Source: Proteiniphilum sp. (lineage in GTDB: Bacteria > Bacteroidota > Bacteroidia > Bacteroidales > Dysgonomonadaceae). From it: a stretch of DNA of 64,000 nucleotides. The translations under genes and the position numbers were made by a program. The stretch is taken from assembly GCA_028709605.1 (NCBI GenBank), contig JAQVWR010000001.1, positions 2,662 through 66,661 of the forward strand. The letters are read 5' to 3'. The notes beneath the pieces are model-generated. The model saw only the letters and a list, made by a program, of their open reading frames with translations. It had not been told where the DNA came from and searched no databases. Below are positions 58,018 to 64,000 of the stretch, piece by piece (within the stretch, counting starts at the first letter, position 1; each line of letters opens with the position of its first letter).

Positions 58018-59469
58018 TTATCCCACGCTGCCCTCAAGGCTGATCTGCAACAGCTTCTGCGCCTCTACGGCAAACTCCATGGGGAGCTTGTTCACCACCT
58101 CCTTCACATATCCGTTTACGATCAGGCCGATCGCCTCCTCTTCACCCAGTCCGCGCTGGTTGCAATAGAAGATCTGATCTTCGCTGATCTTGGAGGTGGT
58201 GGCCTCATGCTCCAGGATGGCGCCGGGGTTTTGGATGTCGGTATATGGAAAGGTATGTGCGCCGCAATGATCGGTCAGCAGCAGGCTGTCGCACTGTGAG
58301 TGGTTGCGTGCATTCTCCGCCTTGCGGGTGATTTTTACCAGTCCTCGGTAGCTGTTCTGGCTGCTGCCGGCAGAGATCCCCTTGGAGACAATGCGGCTGC
58401 GGGTGTTCTTACCCAGGTGGATCATCTTACTGCCGGTATCGGCCTGCTGGAAGTTGTTGGTCACCGCCACCGAGTAGAATTCGCCTACTGAGTAGTCGCC
58501 GGCCAGGATGCAGGAGGGATACTTCCAGGTGATGGCGGAGCCGGTCTCCACCTGTGTCCAGGAGATCTTCGAGTGATTGCCCTTGCAGAGCCCCCTTTTG
58601 GTCACGAAGTTATAGACCCCCCCTTTGCCATGCTTGTCGCCGGGATACCAGTTTTGGACCGTCGAGTATTTCACCTCCGCATGTTCCAAGACGATGATCT
58701 CCACAATGGCTGCGTGTAGCTGGTTCTCGTCACGCATCGGAGCCGTACATCCTTCGAGGTAACTTACGTAGGAGTCGTCGTCGGCAATGATCAGGGTACG
58801 TTCAAACTGGCCCGTGTTGGCCGCATTGATGCGGAAGTAGGTGGAAAGCTCCATCGGACAGCGTACCCCCTTGGGAATATAAACAAAAGAACCGTCGCTG
58901 AACACCGCCGAGTTGAGCGCTGCATAGAAGTTATCTTTGTAGGGTACCACCGTACCCATGTACTTCCTCACCAGGTCGGGATGATGTTTCACCGCCTCGC
59001 TGAAGGAGCTGAAGATGATTCCCTTGTCGGCGAGCACCTCCTTGAAGGTGGTTTTCACCGAGACACTGTCCATCACCGCATCCACGGCCACACCTGTCAG
59101 CTGCTTCTGTTCTTCGAGCGGGATACCCAGTCGCTCGAAGGTCCTCAGCAGCTCCGGGTCCACCTCTTCCAGGCTGTTGGGTGATTTTTTTTGGGTGGGA
59201 TCGGCATAGTAGATGATATCCTGAAAGTCGATAGGGGGGATCTTCAGGTGGGCCCACTCCGGCTGTTTCATGGTGAGCCAGTGACGGAACGCTTTCAGGC
59301 GGAACTCCAGCATCCATTGCGGTTCTTCCTTCTTCGATGAGATCAGGCGGATCACCTCTTCATTGAGTCCCTTTGCAATCACCTCGGTCTCCACATCGGT
59401 GGTGAAACCGAATTTGTATTCCTGTGTCGTTAATTCATTTAATATCTGATCTTGATCCAGTTCTTGCAT
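58018..59469 (-). CDS. sufB: Fe-S cluster assembly protein SufB
   Basis: [45 protein letters not shown]. Confidence 0.96.
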   Translation of the reverse strand: MQELDQDQILNELTTQEYKFGFTTDVETEVIAKGLNEEVIRLISSKKEEPQWMLEFRLKAFRHWLTMKQPEWAHLKIPPIDFQDIIYYADPTQKKSPNSLEEVDPELLRTFERLGIPLEEQKQLTGVAVDAVMDSVSVKTTFKEVLADKGIIFSSFSEAVKHHPDLVRKYMGTVVPYKDNFYAALNSAVFSDGSFVYIPKGVRCPMELSTYFRINAANTGQFERTLIIADDDSYVSYLEGCTAPMRDENQLHAAIVEIIVLEHAEVKYSTVQNWYPGDKHGKGGVYNFVTKRGLCKGNHSKISWTQVETGSAITWKYPSCILAGDYSVGEFYSVAVTNNFQQADTGSKMIHLGKNTRSRIVSKGISAGSSQNSYRGLVKITRKAENARNHSQCDSLLLTDHCGAHTFPYTDIQNPGAILEHEATTSKISEDQIFYCNQRGLGEEEAIGLIVNGYVKEVVNKLPMEFAVEAQKLLQISLEGSVG

Positions 59470-59591
59470 ATCTGTACGGATATTTCGGGTCAACATGACC
59501 GGTATGAATAAGCAAGGCGGTTACAAGCCGCCCTGATCAGTAGTAACAACCGTGACGCCGGTTTTGTTGTATAAAAACAGGCCTTTTCTGC

Positions 59592-60455
59592 TTATTTCTG
59601 TCCGGAGCAATATCGGGTGATGATTCCCCGGGGCAAAAGGATATCTGACAGTTCGGAATAGGGGATTGTCACATGGATAACCCCCATGGCGTAAGGGGCA
59701 ATCTCATACTGGTTGTAGGAGTAGTGAATCGCCTCGTCGCTCAGCCAGAAATTGTTGTTGGGGACAATGTCCTCAATGGTAAAGAACCCTTGTGTCAACA
59801 GTGAATCGGGTTGCGTGACCGAATGATCCCGCATCAGCTGCGCCACGATCTTTTCCGTGAGCGGTTTGTAGTAGCCCGCCACAAAAAGATCCTCTTCCGT
59901 AAGCGTATGGAGCTCATTGAGGTCAATGTTGGTGTAGGTGACCCTGTGCGATCCGTGTGCACCCCCTTCGTAATCGCTGTACTCCACCGCATAACTCAGC
60001 AGCGAATCATTCACAAACAGCACCCTGTTCCGGATATCCAGCATGTACCAGTACCACATGGGCATCTCACCCTCCAGCATCGCCTTGTCCTGATCATAAC
60101 TGTTCGACAGCGAGAGATAACGTTCTCTGTAGGCATCGGCATAACGAGCCGTGGCATCTTGTGGCGAAAGGCTGTCAGAACGGACATCACCGAAAAAGGT
60201 ACCCACGAAGATCTGTTGCAAGCGCGCAAGGGAAGCTTTATCGCGAAATCTCACCGGATAGGTAAATGAAATGTCCAGATCGGCATAAGGCAAGGTAGAG
60301 TCATTCACCTGCAGAAGAGGGATCCGTTCGTTTACCACTACCGAGTCGAATCGGATTACAGAGGTGCGGACGCCGCCACCCTTCTTACAGGAGTTCATCA
60401 GCAGCAAGCCGGCAGTCAGCAGAATGATCGGGATAGAAATCCGTTTGTGCATCAT
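59592..60455 (-). CDS. RsiV/DUF3298-like lipoprotein
   Basis: Lipobox NSC; YEGGAHG; PNNNFWL..YNQYEIAPYAMG..IPY. Confidence 0.78.
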   Translation of the reverse strand: MMHKRISIPIILLTAGLLLMNSCKKGGGVRTSVIRFDSVVVNERIPLLQVNDSTLPYADLDISFTYPVRFRDKASLARLQQIFVGTFFGDVRSDSLSPQDATARYADAYRERYLSLSNSYDQDKAMLEGEMPMWYWYMLDIRNRVLFVNDSLLSYAVEYSDYEGGAHGSHRVTYTNIDLNELHTLTEEDLFVAGYYKPLTEKIVAQLMRDHSVTQPDSLLTQGFFTIEDIVPNNNFWLSDEAIHYSYNQYEIAPYAMGVIHVTIPYSELSDILLPRGIITRYCSGQK

Positions 60456-60517
60456 ATTCAGTTTTTAAAGTTTCTTATCTTCATTTGCAAAGAAGCGGCC
60501 TTCTTTCACCATTTTAC

Positions 60518-61597
60518 TTACTGGATAATCTGCCTGATCGCACCCAGCTCAGGATAGAACAACACTTTGACGGGTTGGTTCATGTTCCCGAACATTCGTT
60601 TCGCCAGTACTTCCTTCGAGCCGTACTGTACCACATCCACTTCCATTTCCCTGACCGGCTTGTTTTTGTATTCGAGGGTCAGTTTGGCTTTTCCGGGGAT
60701 GTTATAAACCAGACCACTGCTGAGTTTGCGCTCCAGTCGTTTCAGATCACGCTCCGACAGGTTCATCTCCACTTTGGGCGTCTTGTTGATCAGTGACAAG
60801 TAGAGCGGTTCACCTGCCAGGTTGTCGGCATCTACCGGACCCAGTTTCTCCGAGAAGCGGGCGATCACGCTCCTGTCGATATTGTTTTCATCCGGGATAA
60901 CCCTGTAACTCACCGTCAGATACTCTGTCTGTACCGTGCCGGTAAAGAGACCCGTCAGCGCTTTCTCCTGCAGGTCGATCTGATCCATCACCACCTTGTA
61001 AGCCATGCCGTCGGGGGGCATGCTCTCCGCTTCGCCGGTAAGGATATCGGTGCGACTGCGGCGCAACTCCAGGATCTGGCGGGCCACCAGCTCCGCCTGC
61101 TTGGCAGTAGAACCGGCCATCAGCGTCTCCTGTGAGAAGAAACGGCGGGGATTGGCATCCCGCGTTTCTCCCTCGGGGATCTTCATCCCGCTGTCTGCCG
61201 GCTGCTCGGGCTCGCTGTTGACGGAGAGGATCACGCCATCCTCACGCAGAAAGACAAAGGGTTCGAAAGACTTGGCTTTGAACTCCACCAAAAAGGATTG
61301 CTCCTTGTCGGCGATCCCCTTGTTCACTACGGAGAGATCTTCCAGGGAAAAGAGGGTGCGGTTTTCCGTGATCGGCTTTTCAATTCCCAGATAGGGCTGC
61401 GCATAAGGATAAAAGTCTCCACGCTGATAGGTGGTTTTCTTTACCAGCAGCGTAATCTCAAATGAGCTCTTCGGGAGCGTGTAGACCACGCCGTAATCGT
61501 TTGTCTTGACGGCATTTACCCGTATCGTTTTTTGAGCATGCACGCTCGTGCATGTGAACACCAGAAACAAAAGGAATAAATAATTTGCTCGTATCAT
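60518..61597 (-). CDS. DUF4831-like exported protein
   Basis: Signal peptide; GVVYTLPK, YA..YLG, GVILSVN, AGSTAKQAE, YNIPG, QYG. Confidence 0.65.
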   Translation of the reverse strand: MIRANYLFLLFLVFTCTSVHAQKTIRVNAVKTNDYGVVYTLPKSSFEITLLVKKTTYQRGDFYPYAQPYLGIEKPITENRTLFSLEDLSVVNKGIADKEQSFLVEFKAKSFEPFVFLREDGVILSVNSEPEQPADSGMKIPEGETRDANPRRFFSQETLMAGSTAKQAELVARQILELRRSRTDILTGEAESMPPDGMAYKVVMDQIDLQEKALTGLFTGTVQTEYLTVSYRVIPDENNIDRSVIARFSEKLGPVDADNLAGEPLYLSLINKTPKVEMNLSERDLKRLERKLSSGLVYNIPGKAKLTLEYKNKPVREMEVDVVQYGSKEVLAKRMFGNMNQPVKVLFYPELGAIRQIIQ

Positions 61598-61626
61598 TTG
61601 GTTCGATCGTTGGTCAGTGAAAGGCA

Positions 61627-62646
61627 TCAATATGCCGAACGAAACTGTTCCAGAAAGCGCAGATCGTTTTCGGAGAACATCCTCAGATCCTTCACCTGGT
61701 ACTTCAGGTTGGTGATGCGCTCAATCCCCATACCCAGGGCGTATCCTGTATATTTTCTGCTGTCGATGCCGCAGTTCTCCAGCACGTTGGGATCGACCAT
61801 GCCGCAACCGAGGATCTCCACCCATCCCGTATGTTTGCAGAAGGGGCACCCTTTTCCCCCGCAGATGTTACAGGAGATATCCATCTCGGCACTGGGTTCC
61901 GTGAAAGGAAAATAGGACGGACGCAGCCTGATCTTCGTCTCTGCGCCGAACATCTCCCTGGCAAAGAAAAAAAGCGCCTGCTTCAGGTCGGCAAACGATA
62001 CGCCCTCATCAATATAGAGGGCTTCCACCTGATGGAAGAAACAGTGTGCACGGTAGGAGATCGCCTCATTCCGGTAAACCCGTCCCGGACAGATGATCCG
62101 GATGGGGGGAGCCGTGGTCTCCATGACGCGTGTCTGCACGGAGGAGGTGTGGGTGCGCAGGACAATCTGCGGATCGTGTTGGATGAAAAACGTGTCCTGC
62201 ATGTCACGAGCCGGATGGTCATCGGCAAAATTCAGCGACGAGAAGACATGCCAGTCGTCCTCCACTTCGGGACCTTCGGCAATGGAGAACCCCAGGCGTT
62301 TAAAGATATCACAAATCTCCTCGCGGACGATCGACAGGGGATGGCGCGTGCCCAACGGTACCGGGTAGGCCGTTCGGGAGAGATCATTCTCCTTCCCGGA
62401 AGAGCCATTTTGCACAAACAGCTCCTTTAATTGCTGCAGGCGTTCGGTAGCAGTCTGTTTCAGGGCGTTCACCCTCATCCCCACCTCTCTTTTACGCTCT
62501 GTCGGCACGTTCCTGAAATCATCCATCAGAGAGGAGATGATCCCTTTTTTACTCAGATACCGGACACGGGCTGCCTCCACTTCCTCAGGGGTGGAGACCT
62601 GTAGCTGCTCTATTTCCGCAAGCAGCGCTTCAATTTTCTCTATCAT
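61627..62646 (-). CDS. pheS: Phenylalanine--tRNA ligase alpha subunit
   Basis: HPARDMQDTF, LRTHTS, FHQVE, RPSYFPFTEPS, EILGCG, GIERI. Confidence 0.97.
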   Translation of the reverse strand: MIEKIEALLAEIEQLQVSTPEEVEAARVRYLSKKGIISSLMDDFRNVPTERKREVGMRVNALKQTATERLQQLKELFVQNGSSGKENDLSRTAYPVPLGTRHPLSIVREEICDIFKRLGFSIAEGPEVEDDWHVFSSLNFADDHPARDMQDTFFIQHDPQIVLRTHTSSVQTRVMETTAPPIRIICPGRVYRNEAISYRAHCFFHQVEALYIDEGVSFADLKQALFFFAREMFGAETKIRLRPSYFPFTEPSAEMDISCNICGGKGCPFCKHTGWVEILGCGMVDPNVLENCGIDSRKYTGYALGMGIERITNLKYQVKDLRMFSENDLRFLEQFRSAY

Positions 62647-62796
62647 GGTGTTGTCTGCACTTATCAATCTCTTAACAGCACAAAAATACACTTTTTCCTG
62701 CTATTTACCGCTCTTTTCGGTGAAAGATTTGCGGAAGGGGTAACGGAAGTAACGGGTAAATGTGTACATTTGTTACCTTAAGCTGAATGGATACAA

Positions 62797-64000
62797 ATGC
62801 TGGAAAGAGTCAGAAGATTCATAGAAAAGGAACAACTGCTCACACCGGGTGGGCGCGTGATCGTCGGGTTGAGTGGCGGGATGGATTCCATGGCGTTACT
62901 CGATTTGCTGATCCTGCTGGGGTATCACTGTGTAGCCGCTCATTGCAATTTTCACCTCAGAGGCGAAGAGTCGCAGCGGGATACCGATTTTGTGAGAAGA
63001 TGGTGCAAGAGCATCGATGTACCCTATACCTCCATAGATTTCGACACCCGTCAATATGCCACGGATAGGAAGATCTCCGTCGAGATGGCTGCACGGGAAC
63101 TGCGATACGACTGGTTTGAGATCATCCGCCGGCAATCTGATGCCGAAGCGATTACGGTGGCACACCACAGGGACGACTCGGTGGAAACACTCCTGCTGAA
63201 CCTGATCCGCGGCACCGGCATCCGGGGACTGACCGGCATCGCCGCAAAAAACCGGAGGGTGGTGCGTCCTCTGCTGTGTGTCACACGGGCAGAGATCGAG
63301 CAATATATCAGGGAACGGGATATACCCTATGTCTTTGACAGCAGCAACAACGAGGATCACTATCTGCGCAATGCTATCAGACTGCATCTGATCCCATTCC
63401 TGGAACAACTGAATCCGGCGGTGAGAGAGACCCTTCACCGCACCTCCCTTCACCTTGCCGAGGCGGAAAAGGTATACAACAGAGCGGTCGCTGATCAGAC
63501 AGCAACGGTATATCAACACAATAAGATCCATATCGAGAAGCTGCAACAGACCCCCTCCCCGCGATCGTTGTTGTTCGAAATTCTCACCCCGCTGGGTTTT
63601 TCCCCTTCCGTCATAGAAGAGATATATGAAAACATGCATGCCACCCCCGGGAAGGTGTTCCTGGCCCGCCACCACAGAGTGATCAAGGACCGGGATGCTT
63701 TTATCACGGCCCCACTGCAGGAACACACGGAAAAAGGTTCTTTCCGGATCGACAGGGAGATGACGGTTCTCTCCAATCCCCTGCCGCTGCAGATGCAATC
63801 GTATGAGATGCCTGTGCAGATCGAAAAAAGCGCTTCTCTCCTGTATGCCGATCAGGAGCATTTACAGTTTCCTCTGCTCCTGCGCCGGTGGCAGCCGGGC
63901 GACTGGTTCATACCCTTCGGCATGAAAGGGAAAAAAAAGCTGAGCGATTATTTCACCGACCGCAAACTGAGCCTGCGCGACAAAGAAGAGGTATGGGTGC
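62797..64000 (+). CDS. tilS: tRNA(Ile)-lysidine synthetase, 3'-truncated by the window edge (absent from the supplied ORF track)
   Basis: Manual translation from ATG 62797: GLSGGMDS, AHCNFHLRGEES, AARELRY, AHHRDD, RGTG, VRPLL; same frame at the end LRRWQPGD..PFGMKGKKKLSD. Confidence 0.94.
   Translation, partial: MLERVRRFIEKEQLLTPGGRVIVGLSGGMDSMALLDLLILLGYHCVAAHCNFHLRGEESQRDTDFVRRWCKSIDVPYTSIDFDTRQYATDRKISVEMAARELRYDWFEIIRRQSDAEAITVAHHRDDSVETLLLNLIRGTGIRGLTGIAAKNRRVVRPLLCVTRAEIEQYIRERDIPYVFDSSNNEDHYLRNAIRLHLIPFLEQLNPAVRETLHRTSLHLAEAEKVYNRAVADQTATVYQHNKIHIEKLQQTPSPRSLLFEILTPLGFSPSVIEEIYENMHATPGKVFLARHHRVIKDRDAFITAPLQEHTEKGSFRIDREMTVLSNPLPLQMQSYEMPVQIEKSASLLYADQEHLQFPLLLRRWQPGDWFIPFGMKGKKKLSDYFTDRKLSLRDKEEVWV

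Noticed and set aside
62896-63861. 321-aa minus-strand ORF
   Set aside because: Antisense to tilS, which is clearly readable on the plus strand

Overview
Chromosomal window from a Bacteroidales bacterium, probably a Dysgonomonadaceae/Porphyromonadaceae-like anaerobe (inferred from the TAnnTTTG promoters, tmRNA tag GNNNYALAA and gene content). Bases 1-13.4 kb are the right-hand end of a lower-GC accessory island abutting the 3' end of a tRNA-Gln(TTG) gene. It carries a BREX anti-phage locus (partial brxC, pglX, pglZ, brxL). Nested between pglX and pglZ, and translationally coupled to pglX, is a Schlafen/AlbA_2-HATPase-wHTH protein with an intact ExxxxExK motif and a 21-bp VNTR. pglX has an AT-rich internal specificity block. 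The remaining ~50 kb is core genome: tyrS, trkH, pdxB, NfnAB-like pair, ssrA, an ECF sigma module, prmA, malQ, fba, ald, cydAB, rsmG, gcvP, panB, amn-holA, pyrKD, asnA, ung, a lone sufB, pheS and partial tilS. No CRISPR array, rRNA, integrase or transposase was seen. All family calls come from recognising motifs by eye; no database search was run.
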